Assembly (NCBI RefSeq): GCF_030013205.1 | Contig: NZ_CP122649.1 | Direction: 5' to 3' (one strand) | Source of the DNA: Escherichia coli | GTDB lineage: Bacteria > Pseudomonadota > Gammaproteobacteria > Enterobacterales > Enterobacteriaceae | DNA: 64,000 bases | Shown here: positions 1-7,966 of the stretch, one piece after another | How the letters are laid out: each line of letters begins with the position of its first letter | Position numbering within the stretch: the first letter of the stretch is position 1 | Program-made: the position numbers and the translations under genes | Notes under the pieces: generated by a model | Databases searched by the model: none | What the model was told of the DNA's origin: nothing | What the model saw: the letters and a program-made list of their open reading frames with translations, nothing else

Positions 1-1
1 C

Positions 2-1381
2 CTTGCACCTGTAACTTCAGAAGTCGATGAGATCATTCATCAAGCTCTAAGTTGCAAAAGTACGCAAAATTGCGATTCTCTGGCGCGTAAAACTCTGGCT
101 CTTTTAGAGCGTTTAAGGGATGAAGCAAAAGAGAAACAGCAAGAAGAGGAGCAGTCGAAAGACCCGCATGACGATACAGATGAATCATCTGGCTCTGAGA
201 ATGAACCTGATACCGAACCCAATGGTGATAGCCAGGGTGAAGGGGATGGTGATAAAGAAGGTCAAGGCGATGATTCTGGTGATGGTAAGGCGCCTGCGGA
301 AGGTAATGGGTTACCGGACCAATCCGGAGGGGATGAACAAAATGCTGAGAACTCTAACGGCGAACCTGATGGTGAGTCTGAAGGTGATGAATCGGCGACC
401 CCCGGCTCGGATGATGCTGACTCGACACCTTCCCTAAACGACAGTTCAAATGGAAATTCTTCTGATGGGGAAAGTAACTTTTCTCCTGAACAGTGGGATA
501 TGCTTGCCAAATTGCTGGATGATTTTTTAAACAGTGATGAGGAAAGCGAGGATTTTCATGAGGTTCTTGCAAAAGAGATCTCCGTAATTGCTGCCAGTGT
601 GTCGGATGAGGTTAAAGCTGAATTTGGTGCAAGTGAGTGGGATGTTCCAGATTTGAACATTGATCTGAATGTCTACAATGAAGCATTAAATATCAGCCAG
701 ACCCTTGGGGCAGATTTATCTGTTTTACAGCAGGTAAAAATGCGTGGTCAATTTAAAACCCGTGATAGAGGCTTGTCATTCGATATTAATCGACTGATCC
801 AGTCTCCGATGGGTGTTAGGGATGTATTTCGGTCACAAAGCGAATCTAAAAACCGGGGCCACGTCGGCTTGGTCATTGTTCGTGATATTTCAGGTTCAAT
901 GAGTCTGGAACACCGTTATATCCATGCAATTAAGACTGACCTTGCATTAACTCTGGCAATTGAAGCTATTTCAAAAATGCATGTTGCTAATGTGATTTAT
1001 CCGTTTGTAGACAAAGATTTTGAAGTTATCAAAACGTTTGATGAAAACGCGGAAGAGAAACTTTCAAAATTCTCACTTGGCTGCAAGGGCAATAATACCC
1101 CAACGGGTTCTGCATTAAATGCTGCTTTAGAGTTGTTACTTGAAAGCCAGTTTGACAGGAAAATTGTTTTCCTTATTACTGATGGTTATCCGACTGAGTC
1201 GGCTTACACCATTAATGATGTTTTTTCAGTTGCTGAAAGTAACGGCATTGAAATCGCTGGTGTTGGTATTAAAACTGATGTGTTGATGGGTTTTAATGAG
1301 GGCACCTTCGTAAATGTTGATGATATTTCTTTATTGCCGAATGAGGTCAGTAAATTAGTACATCAAATTCTATCTAATTAA
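2..1381 (+). CDS. CobT-like vWA-domain protein, 5' end outside window
   Basis: Frame is open from nt 2 and continuous with tracked ORF 500..1381. A D/E/G/S-rich acidic linker (~nt 150-480) is followed by vWA/MIDAS-type motifs DISGSMS, TPTGSAL and FLITDGYP. The CobT-like call is by architecture recall only. Confidence 0.7.
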   Translation, partial: LAPVTSEVDEIIHQALSCKSTQNCDSLARKTLALLERLRDEAKEKQQEEEQSKDPHDDTDESSGSENEPDTEPNGDSQGEGDGDKEGQGDDSGDGKAPAEGNGLPDQSGGDEQNAENSNGEPDGESEGDESATPGSDDADSTPSLNDSSNGNSSDGESNFSPEQWDMLAKLLDDFLNSDEESEDFHEVLAKEISVIAASVSDEVKAEFGASEWDVPDLNIDLNVYNEALNISQTLGADLSVLQQVKMRGQFKTRDRGLSFDINRLIQSPMGVRDVFRSQSESKNRGHVGLVIVRDISGSMSLEHRYIHAIKTDLALTLAIEAISKMHVANVIYPFVDKDFEVIKTFDENAEEKLSKFSLGCKGNNTPTGSALNAALELLLESQFDRKIVFLITDGYPTESAYTINDVFSVAESNGIEIAGVGIKTDVLMGFNEGTFVNVDDISLLPNEVSKLVHQILSN

Positions 1382-1386
1382 ACTCT

Positions 1387-1452
1387 ACCCAATCGGGGCA
1401 AAACGACGCCCGGTTGGGTCGCTTTGCTCCCTGAAGGATTAAGGAGCAATAT
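1387..1452 (+). promoter_or_regulatory. Structured leader with stem A/A' and an anti-SD hairpin upstream of the 73-aa gene
   Basis: 1387-1397 acccaatcggg pairs with 1409-1419 cccggttgggt (one G.U). 1424-1430 ttgctcc pairs with 1443-1449 ggagcaa, covering the aggag SD. 1395-1401 ggggcaa is an alternative partner of ttgctcc. Confidence 0.55.
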
Positions 1453-1674
1453 ATGACTCAGATAAAGACTTACCGTGTCGAGTATGAAAAAGTCGGGACG
1501 ATGCATCGTGTCCGTATTTTTGGTCGCATGGGTGAAATTGTCAAAAGTGAATTGCCAGAAGAAAGAATTCTCCGGGATGTATCTATACCAGAGGGTAATG
1601 GAGAAATGGCAACGTCAATGGTTGATGGTTTTATCCAGCGTCTTGAAAATATCGGCTTCAAGACTGAAGCGTAA
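1453..1674 (+). CDS. hypothetical protein (73 aa)
   Basis: ORF track; strong SD aaggag 7 nt upstream; lies between the vWA and primase-like genes on the same strand. Confidence 0.6.
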   Translation: MTQIKTYRVEYEKVGTMHRVRIFGRMGEIVKSELPEERILRDVSIPEGNGEMATSMVDGFIQRLENIGFKTEA

Positions 1675-1715
1675 TTGTTGAGGGCTCTTGTGGGCCCTCA
1701 TTCTTAGATTCTGCG

Positions 1716-1770
1716 TTGTGGGTTTCTCCCTGTTTTCTGCATCGCAGAGGGCATTGAGAAACCCACAATG
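1716..1770 (+). promoter_or_regulatory. Leader hairpin occluding the start codon of the primase-like gene
   Basis: 1716-1728 ttgtgggtttctc is perfectly complementary (13 bp) to 1756-1768 gagaaacccacaa, which ends on the A of ATG 1768. An inner 5-bp stem tctgc/gcaga lies at 1736-1748. Confidence 0.55.
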
Positions 1771-3021
1771 CCAGATAAGAGAGAACAAATGACTTATGCA
1801 TCCCAGGCTGTTAAGCGTACACCACATGAAGTCACTGACCACTTTATAAAAATGGTTCACGCTCGTATAGCGGAAGTATCAGGCTGGCGCTATGTATTCG
1901 ATAGAATACCGGCATTTAAAGACGCTTGTGATAAAGCACCTGGCCAGGTTCCTTGCCCATTTAGTGGGGTCGGGAAATCAAAGTTCCGGTTCCGTAAAAA
2001 GGACCTCTTTACCGGTTGTGCCATTCACAATGATTTTCCAGTGAATGCATTTTGTGACGGTATTGATGTATTGGCAGAGTACTACAAGCTGAGCAAGACC
2101 CAGACTTGTAAGAAGATCCTGACTGATTTCTTTGGGATGGATTTGTACGCTCCATTAACTGATGCGGATCTCGAAAGTGAACGTCGTTATAAATCAACAG
2201 TTCGTGCAACCGAAACGCTTGACAGCGATGAAGTTGAAAAACGAGGGCGTAAACTTGAAGTGATATATCACTATACCGGTGAAATCAAACCTGAGAGCCC
2301 TGTGTGGGTGTATCTCCGAAATCGAGGTCTTAATCGAGTTCTGAGCAACCTTCCCAAGGATTTAGGTCTGAACAAACGACTTTACTACATGGATAAGTCA
2401 CTGGAAAAACCCACGATTTACCCGGGAATGATCGCAATTTATCGCGATACCCGTGGGCGTCCTCTGACAATCCACAGAACGTTCGTCGAGTTAAATGGTG
2501 ATAAGGCACATGTTGAGAATCCGAAACTGATGATGAAACCGCCTGCCGATATGACTGGCGGCTCAATTCAGCTGTACGATCCACACTTCAATCCAGGTAC
2601 CCGTACCTGGACGTTAGGTGTGGCTGAAGGCATAGAAAACGCGCTGTCAGTTACTGAAGCGACTTCAACACCGTGCTGGGCCGCGAGCTCTGCCTGGTGC
2701 CTTGAAAACGTTGAAGTGCCGGATAGTCTCCTGCCTCCCCCTGGTGTGAAAGTAATACAGTTTTACATCTGGGCGGATAAGGATCTTGTGAATACAAAAG
2801 GCACTTCCCCGGGAATGGAGTCAGCTAAACGACTTCAGGAACGTATGAAAGAGTTTTTTGCAAAGCGATATCCCACTTCAGAGCTGACAATTAAAGTCTT
2901 TGAACCTGATTTCGATATTCCTGTAGGGAAGAAAGGAGTCGACTGGAACGATGTACTAAAATTAACAGGACCGGATGGATTCCCCGTAAAATGGGCTCCT
3001 GAATGTCTTGCTCAGCTTTAA
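1768..3021 (+). CDS. primase-like protein (degenerate Zn-ribbon + Toprim domain)
   Basis: 417 aa. The N-terminal PCPFSG..KFRFR..GCAIHN resembles a primase Zn-binding ribbon. The Toprim-type acidic motifs are LGVAEGIENALSV (E) and IWADKD (DxD). Confidence 0.65.
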   Translation: MPDKREQMTYASQAVKRTPHEVTDHFIKMVHARIAEVSGWRYVFDRIPAFKDACDKAPGQVPCPFSGVGKSKFRFRKKDLFTGCAIHNDFPVNAFCDGIDVLAEYYKLSKTQTCKKILTDFFGMDLYAPLTDADLESERRYKSTVRATETLDSDEVEKRGRKLEVIYHYTGEIKPESPVWVYLRNRGLNRVLSNLPKDLGLNKRLYYMDKSLEKPTIYPGMIAIYRDTRGRPLTIHRTFVELNGDKAHVENPKLMMKPPADMTGGSIQLYDPHFNPGTRTWTLGVAEGIENALSVTEATSTPCWAASSAWCLENVEVPDSLLPPPGVKVIQFYIWADKDLVNTKGTSPGMESAKRLQERMKEFFAKRYPTSELTIKVFEPDFDIPVGKKGVDWNDVLKLTGPDGFPVKWAPECLAQL

Positions 3022-3027
3022 ATCCGA

Positions 3028-3070
3028 TAACTCCCCCGCCTTTTCAGGCCGGGGGGGTTATCTCTTTAGT
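3028..3070 (+). terminator. GC-rich hairpin after the primase-like gene
   Basis: taactcccccgcc / ggccgggggggtta stem followed by the T-rich tctctttagtgtttattt. Confidence 0.5.
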
Positions 3071-3294
3071 GTTTATTTACGTTAAATCCTAAACAGATAA
3101 TCCGATTTCCTTCGTGAAAATCACCTGTTATTCAGGTTTTTTTTACGGCTGAGATGCTTGCTCAGTTTAATAAATGTGCGATACATCTGGCTACGGTCGG
3201 TTGTATGACATGGTATATCCATAAAACTTAAAACCCCTGACGGGAGTATTACCGTTAGGGTGATGCTCATCGTTAAATATCGGAGAGCATTGTT

Positions 3295-3819
3295 ATGAAT
3301 ATTGAAAATCAAGATTTATTTAATACGTTCGCTGCTGTGATTTCATCTCATATCGTTGAGCAACCATCTTCGTGTTATTACCTTCATGATAATGAAATTG
3401 ACTTCACGATTTTAAAACACAGCATAATAGATAAAGACAAAAACCTGTTGTACGTTATTCGTCCTTCAGGAACCTGTTTGTTGCGTTGTGATAAATACTT
3501 CTTTCCGAATTACTATCTTACAAGTCGTGGAGATTATAAAGCATTTAAGTATGTGCATTTTAATCTTGCAACACGAGAAGCGGAAGAAATCACCTGGCAG
3601 CAAGCTTTTGAAATTTTGTCCAAGCCGGGAAGACCTCCATTAAGAGGTTCACTTGGTAAATTTGATTATTTAAAACTTGTTATTGATGATCTTCGTGCGC
3701 GAGGGTATGCCGATTTCCTTCCAGCATACAACCTTGATGGCCTTCGTCACTTTGCAGTAAAGGATGAGCGACCATCACTTGTCAGTTATATCGACAATGT
3801 CATGGCACTTTGCGCATAA
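3295..3819 (+). CDS. hypothetical protein (174 aa)
   Basis: ORF track; SD-like ggagag 9 nt upstream; no motif recognised. Confidence 0.55.
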   Translation: MNIENQDLFNTFAAVISSHIVEQPSSCYYLHDNEIDFTILKHSIIDKDKNLLYVIRPSGTCLLRCDKYFFPNYYLTSRGDYKAFKYVHFNLATREAEEITWQQAFEILSKPGRPPLRGSLGKFDYLKLVIDDLRARGYADFLPAYNLDGLRHFAVKDERPSLVSYIDNVMALCA

Positions 3820-3843
3820 AGATAACACATATTTTTACTACAT

Positions 3844-3867
3844 CCCTGATGGCACCTCCCATCGGGG
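3844..3867 (+). promoter_or_regulatory. Leader hairpin (partial member of the CCCAyyGGGG leader family)
   Basis: ccctgatgg (3844-3852) pairs with ccatcgggg (3859-3867), 9 bp with one G.U. It lies 30 nt upstream of ATG 3897. Confidence 0.4.
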
Positions 3868-3896
3868 TGGCCCTCAGAGTTGAATCTGGAGGTCTT

Positions 3897-4775
3897 ATGA
3901 AATTAGCTACAGATCTGGTCAATGCGGTTCTGATAAAGAATGGCATTGTACCAACTTCCATTAATGAGTTGCCTGTAACGTCGCTGGTAAAGCCATTGAC
4001 ACAAGTGCATCTCAGCCTGTATCTGAAAACAACGCATTTATCTCAGTTCGTCCCTGACTACGTTGAGTCTCTGAAAGATTGTCCGGTTTCGTATGATATC
4101 GGCCTTGAACTTCAGCAGTGTATCAACAGTGCTGAATTGCTCTGTGAAGACATGGAGTCACTTGAGTTTATCTCTGTATGGATAGAGCTCTATACGTGTA
4201 ATTCAAAGCAACAGCGGTTTGAGAAAAGTAACTTTTCTTTTCGAACTGAAGATATCGAGCTGGCTAAGATGCTGTCTTGCTCGCATGAAATCTTAATAAG
4301 TCAGGCGGCTTGTTTCTGGCTTTTGTATTTTGAAGATTTCATGAAATATGTTCGTAATAGGCTCTGTGCATTACTCAGACAGGTTTTAATTTTGATTGCA
4401 GGACTGCGAAATGTATACCTGCAACGGAATGAAGATCAGTTGATTAAGAGAGTTAAGCACGGGAATGAAATGCTGGAGGTGACTCTTAAAGCTGTTGCAC
4501 TATGTTCAATAGAAAGGTATCTGAAATCATATGCCTCTTTACGAACAGAAGCGGCGGCTTCTGGGTTTATCAAATGCATTCAGTCTTATATCAGTACTGG
4601 TTGGAGACATGGCTATATAGTCTGTCAATATTCAAAAAATGGACGGTCTCTTGGTAAGTCATTACCACTTTTTATAAAAGAGACATCTGAGCATAATATA
4701 CAGAAACGTGTCAATCGCCTTATATCTTCCACGATTTCGGGGCGAAATAAAGATTTAGGTCTTTACGATTTCTGA
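3897..4775 (+). CDS. hypothetical protein, paralogue family member P1 (292 aa)
   Basis: In-frame ATG at 3897 with SD ggagg, preferred over the tracked start 3810. The N-terminus MKLATDLVNAVLIKNGI resembles the N-termini of the next four genes. Confidence 0.6.
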   Translation: MKLATDLVNAVLIKNGIVPTSINELPVTSLVKPLTQVHLSLYLKTTHLSQFVPDYVESLKDCPVSYDIGLELQQCINSAELLCEDMESLEFISVWIELYTCNSKQQRFEKSNFSFRTEDIELAKMLSCSHEILISQAACFWLLYFEDFMKYVRNRLCALLRQVLILIAGLRNVYLQRNEDQLIKRVKHGNEMLEVTLKAVALCSIERYLKSYASLRTEAAASGFIKCIQSYISTGWRHGYIVCQYSKNGRSLGKSLPLFIKETSEHNIQKRVNRLISSTISGRNKDLGLYDF

Positions 4776-4783
4776 TTAACATT

Positions 4784-4848
4784 ACCCATCCGGGGATTAC
4801 ATCCCTGATGGGTGTAATCCCATTTTTTATTTAAGTGAGGATTACATG
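4784..4848 (+). promoter_or_regulatory. Three-way leader switch upstream of P2
   Basis: A 4784-4795 pairs with A' 4802-4813 (11 bp, 1 mismatch). B gggattaca 4793-4801 pairs with B' tgtaatccc 4813-4821 (9 bp perfect, followed by a U-run). B' also pairs with C ggattaca 4839-4846 (SD plus the A of the ATG). Confidence 0.6.
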
Positions 4849-5781
4849 AAAATTATTGAGAAAATCATTAATGCATTTCTGATATCGCGTAAACATTCAG
4901 TGAAGGTCAGTAATGTTATCTGCTTGAGTGGCACCGACGGTAAATTTACTGGAATATGCTGTGACGCCGATGTTTCATTTGATTTTCTTTATTCGTATGC
5001 CCCCGCATACAGTTCAACATTTTTAGATATCCCGTTTCCTGGGTTTGAAGACCAGGACATCGCGGATTGTGTTAAATGTCAGTTAGATGTAGTTAAAAAT
5101 AAACGGAATCGGTCTTTTTTAATTGACCATATTAGATTTCCAGTTTCCTCAAGGGAAGGATTCACTCTGACACGCGGTGATAGTTACGACGTGACTGAAT
5201 GTGAATATAATAAGGAACGATTGCTACATCTGACCCGACAAGGACGTTTTTGTGAAGACTATCTCACGTTCAAGGATGGCCTGAGTTCCTTCTTTTCATT
5301 TGTGAATTTCGAATTACATGAAATAGTGAAGGAAGGTATACGTTTGGCACTTGATGTTTTAAACAAGATTACATCTGATCAACCAGACCGTCTTATAAAA
5401 GACTTTAAGTATCATGATTGCTTCGGCAGTTATAATGTACAAATATTTTCTAAGGGTCTGCCAGTTGATATCCTTGAAACGATGATTGCACCTGATAGGT
5501 TGTTGTCTAACTTGTCAGGTAGTCGTCAGATTATGAAAAATGCAAGTCGCTATCTTAAAGGCTTTGCCCTCAGTAATCGTGTTTACATGAAATACGGATG
5601 GCGTTTAGCAGATGTTGACACATCTGACTATGCGAAAGTTATGTCAGATAGAGAAATGCATGCCAGAGATGATCTTAAGGCGTTTTGCAGTGTCTTTTTT
5701 AAAGAGTGTTTCGCATCCGGAAAATATGAATACGAAGCATACCTGAGTGAAAGACAACACGCGATTCGTAACGGGTATTAA
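4846..5781 (+). CDS. hypothetical protein, paralogue family member P2 (311 aa)
   Basis: ORF track; SD gagga. It shares MK.I.KII.A.L at the N-terminus and the block SGSRQIMKNASRYLKGF with P3 (SGADKFLNHVNRYLSGR). Confidence 0.7.
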   Translation: MKIIEKIINAFLISRKHSVKVSNVICLSGTDGKFTGICCDADVSFDFLYSYAPAYSSTFLDIPFPGFEDQDIADCVKCQLDVVKNKRNRSFLIDHIRFPVSSREGFTLTRGDSYDVTECEYNKERLLHLTRQGRFCEDYLTFKDGLSSFFSFVNFELHEIVKEGIRLALDVLNKITSDQPDRLIKDFKYHDCFGSYNVQIFSKGLPVDILETMIAPDRLLSNLSGSRQIMKNASRYLKGFALSNRVYMKYGWRLADVDTSDYAKVMSDREMHARDDLKAFCSVFFKECFASGKYEYEAYLSERQHAIRNGY

Positions 5782-5803
5782 TACTTATTATCAACTTATC
5801 TAA

Positions 5804-5861
5804 TCCCTGAGGGAATTCTTCCCTTGGGGAGGATTCCCTCTTAACCGAGGGCTACAAAATG
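5804..5861 (+). promoter_or_regulatory. Three-way leader switch upstream of P3
   Basis: A 5804-5814 pairs with A' 5820-5830 (11 bp, two G.U). B gagggaattc 5809-5818 pairs with B' ggattccctc 5831-5840 (10 bp). B' ccctc also pairs with the SD gaggg at 5847-5851. Confidence 0.6.
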
Positions 5862-6779
5862 AAAGCGATTTATAAAATAATTGAAGCGATGCTGGTGAAA
5901 ATGGGCTTTGAAGGTGCCGTGATCCAAAGTGTCAATCTGGAAACGGGTGTGATTCAGAGTCTAGTTGTTAAGGCTGATATTCCTGTCCGGACTTTAATGC
6001 CGCATTTAAGGCGATATCTGCGCGATTGTGAGCCTTTATGGGGACATGACGTGGATTACCACCCTATAGCACAATATTGCTCAGGAGCTGCGTTGTTGAA
6101 GGCTGGGCCGGTCACTCTTGAAACCTTTCGGTTTGAGGTTTCAGTGTCAACTGCTCACCTGCGGCTTGTGGATGTTGAGCCGGACTGTCTAAATGAGGGT
6201 GTGAACCGTGAAAAACTGGAGTATGTATATTACCGCTCCAGCAATGCAGACAAGGATCTAATACTTGGTATGGTTGAAAAAGGACATAATTTTATCAACC
6301 ATCTGCATGAACTTTTACGCTCGCGCTTATCAACGGCTTTGCCGCTGATTTTCGCAGTTACAGAAAAGATTGCGGAGAGTTCAGTTCCACAAGTAGTCAC
6401 CAGCTTTTTCAGTGTTGACCATCAAATCAATGCCCAGATAGTAGTCGAACCTGTACCCGTTTCAGTCGCAGACCAGATAATTTCTGCTGACTGGAATGTG
6501 TGTAGTGTTTCAGGAGCGGATAAGTTCCTGAACCATGTTAATCGTTATCTGTCGGGTAGGGTGATGAAGCGGCGTATTTACGCTGTTATAGAAGCTTGCG
6601 ACGGTGGATCTTTATCCCTCAATGCGAACTTAGGTTGCTTTACATCACCTCTTCTCGTAACTGAGTATAAAATGGTTCAGTCACACTCTTCATCGCTTTA
6701 TCGAAAGGCTATAAATAACTCGCTTAAGCAAGTTAATTCGTATGCTCCAGAGCATTCAGATGACCTGCTTTCTATGTAA
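5859..6779 (+). CDS. hypothetical protein, paralogue family member P3 (306 aa)
   Basis: ORF track; SD gaggg 7 nt upstream; sequence blocks shared with P2. Confidence 0.7.
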   Translation: MKAIYKIIEAMLVKMGFEGAVIQSVNLETGVIQSLVVKADIPVRTLMPHLRRYLRDCEPLWGHDVDYHPIAQYCSGAALLKAGPVTLETFRFEVSVSTAHLRLVDVEPDCLNEGVNREKLEYVYYRSSNADKDLILGMVEKGHNFINHLHELLRSRLSTALPLIFAVTEKIAESSVPQVVTSFFSVDHQINAQIVVEPVPVSVADQIISADWNVCSVSGADKFLNHVNRYLSGRVMKRRIYAVIEACDGGSLSLNANLGCFTSPLLVTEYKMVQSHSSSLYRKAINNSLKQVNSYAPEHSDDLLSM

Positions 6780-6787
6780 TTAATTTT

Positions 6788-6854
6788 ACCCATTGGGGAA
6801 GCGTATTCCCCGTGGGGGTTGCTTCCTTTCTTCATTAAAGAGGAAGTGAATATG
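6788..6854 (+). promoter_or_regulatory. Three-way leader switch upstream of P4
   Basis: A 6789-6799 pairs with A' 6807-6816 (10 bp, one bulge). B ggaagc 6797-6802 pairs with B' gcttcc 6821-6826. B' cttcct 6822-6827 also pairs with the SD aggaag at 6841-6846. Confidence 0.6.
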
Positions 6855-7787
6855 TTTAATGAAAGTGATGATAAAAACTTTGTTAGTGCAATGCTTAAAT
6901 GTCAACTTGGCCTGAATATAAGCCAAGAGGATATTACAATATATGACAAAGAAAATCATTTTGAACAACTTTCTTTTAAAGCAAATGTGGCGCTTGATGA
7001 TTTGTTATTTTATCTGGATTTATATATATCAGAATTGATTAAGCATAATGCGCCGTATTCTGAAACTGAAGTCCTTCGGACTAAAATCAAATACTTTCTT
7101 AAAGTATATGAAAAGTCTGGTTTTCAGAACATAAGAATTCGCGGTTATCATAACGCGCACAGTACTATAGATATTGTCGATATCGCATCATTAATATTGG
7201 CGGGGTCTGTACCGGAGTCTGAACATGATTCAATAGATCCTGTTTTAAGAAAGGAAATCTATCAAAATCGCATGAGTGTTGAGGGTAAAGTTCTCATTGC
7301 CCGTTTTGCACTTAAGCAATTTTTCCATTCTGATTTTGGTGATTTCATCTTAGAGTTCGAGAAAAGTATCTCCAAGTGTTTGAATACTTCTCTCCAGATA
7401 ATTAAATCTGTAAAGAACTCATTTAACCGTTTAGGTCAATATCAATATCAGCGTCGTGTAAAAGATGACCTGACTTTGCATCTTGATTTGAATACAGATG
7501 AATACCCGGCCTGTATGCCAGACCTTTACATCGGTTTCAAGGAGTCTGAAGGGACGACGGGAGTGTATCGCGATGATGAAAAAATCATTCGTCTTTATAC
7601 TGGCGTTAGTTCCGGAAAGGATGTTCCTGTAATGATGACCGTTCGATTCACTGGCTGTGACGGGAGTGTTTTGTCTGAATCATCGCACGGTACTTTCTGT
7701 TCCGTGGGACCTACCGGCCGAGTGCAGGTTTGTGACAGAGTTGCGTTGGTCCAAGAAGCGGTCGAAGAGTTACGGGATGTTGTTTAA
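6852..7787 (+). CDS. hypothetical protein, paralogue family member P4 (311 aa)
   Basis: ATG 6852 with SD gaggaag, preferred over the tracked start 6819. Clear similarity to P5: GKVLIARFALKQFFHSDFGDFI vs GQVLIARFALEKFWDTHFIGLI, and YQYQRRVKDDLTLHLDL vs YSYTRRITDELSLHISL. Confidence 0.7.
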   Translation: MFNESDDKNFVSAMLKCQLGLNISQEDITIYDKENHFEQLSFKANVALDDLLFYLDLYISELIKHNAPYSETEVLRTKIKYFLKVYEKSGFQNIRIRGYHNAHSTIDIVDIASLILAGSVPESEHDSIDPVLRKEIYQNRMSVEGKVLIARFALKQFFHSDFGDFILEFEKSISKCLNTSLQIIKSVKNSFNRLGQYQYQRRVKDDLTLHLDLNTDEYPACMPDLYIGFKESEGTTGVYRDDEKIIRLYTGVSSGKDVPVMMTVRFTGCDGSVLSESSHGTFCSVGPTGRVQVCDRVALVQEAVEELRDVV

Positions 7788-7902
7788 CCCTTGTTTTTTA
7801 CCTCTTCATTCCAAAAAGTAACTTTGTTCTACCAAATGACCGCGCTACCTATTCTGATCAACTTGCAGGAAAGAATGGCGCAGTAGTACATATTTTTAAT
7901 CC

Positions 7903-7966
7903 ACCCACTGGGGAAGTCGCTCCCCTGTGGGGCACTTCCTTTAATAATCCTGAGGAAGTGAAGATG
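7903..7966 (+). promoter_or_regulatory. Three-way leader switch upstream of P5
   Basis: A 7905-7915 pairs with A' 7921-7931 (10 bp, 1 mismatch). B ggaagt 7913-7918 pairs with B' acttcc 7934-7939. B' cacttcct 7933-7940 also pairs perfectly (8 bp) with the SD region aggaagtg at 7953-7960. Confidence 0.6.

Noticed and set aside
40-572. ORFs 120..437 (+) and 40..222, 262..510, 354..572 (-) inside the acidic-linker region.
   Set aside because: The purine-rich repetitive linker keeps several frames open. The frame continuous with the vWA domain, open from nt 2, is the coherent one.
5847-5861. 15-nt identity gagggctacaaaatg between the P3 start region and the start of the 222-aa gene (plus-strand 47421-47435, reverse complement).
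   Set aside because: A handful of exact 15-mers shared between two positions is expected by chance in 64 kb read on both strands. The flanking sequence is unrelated.
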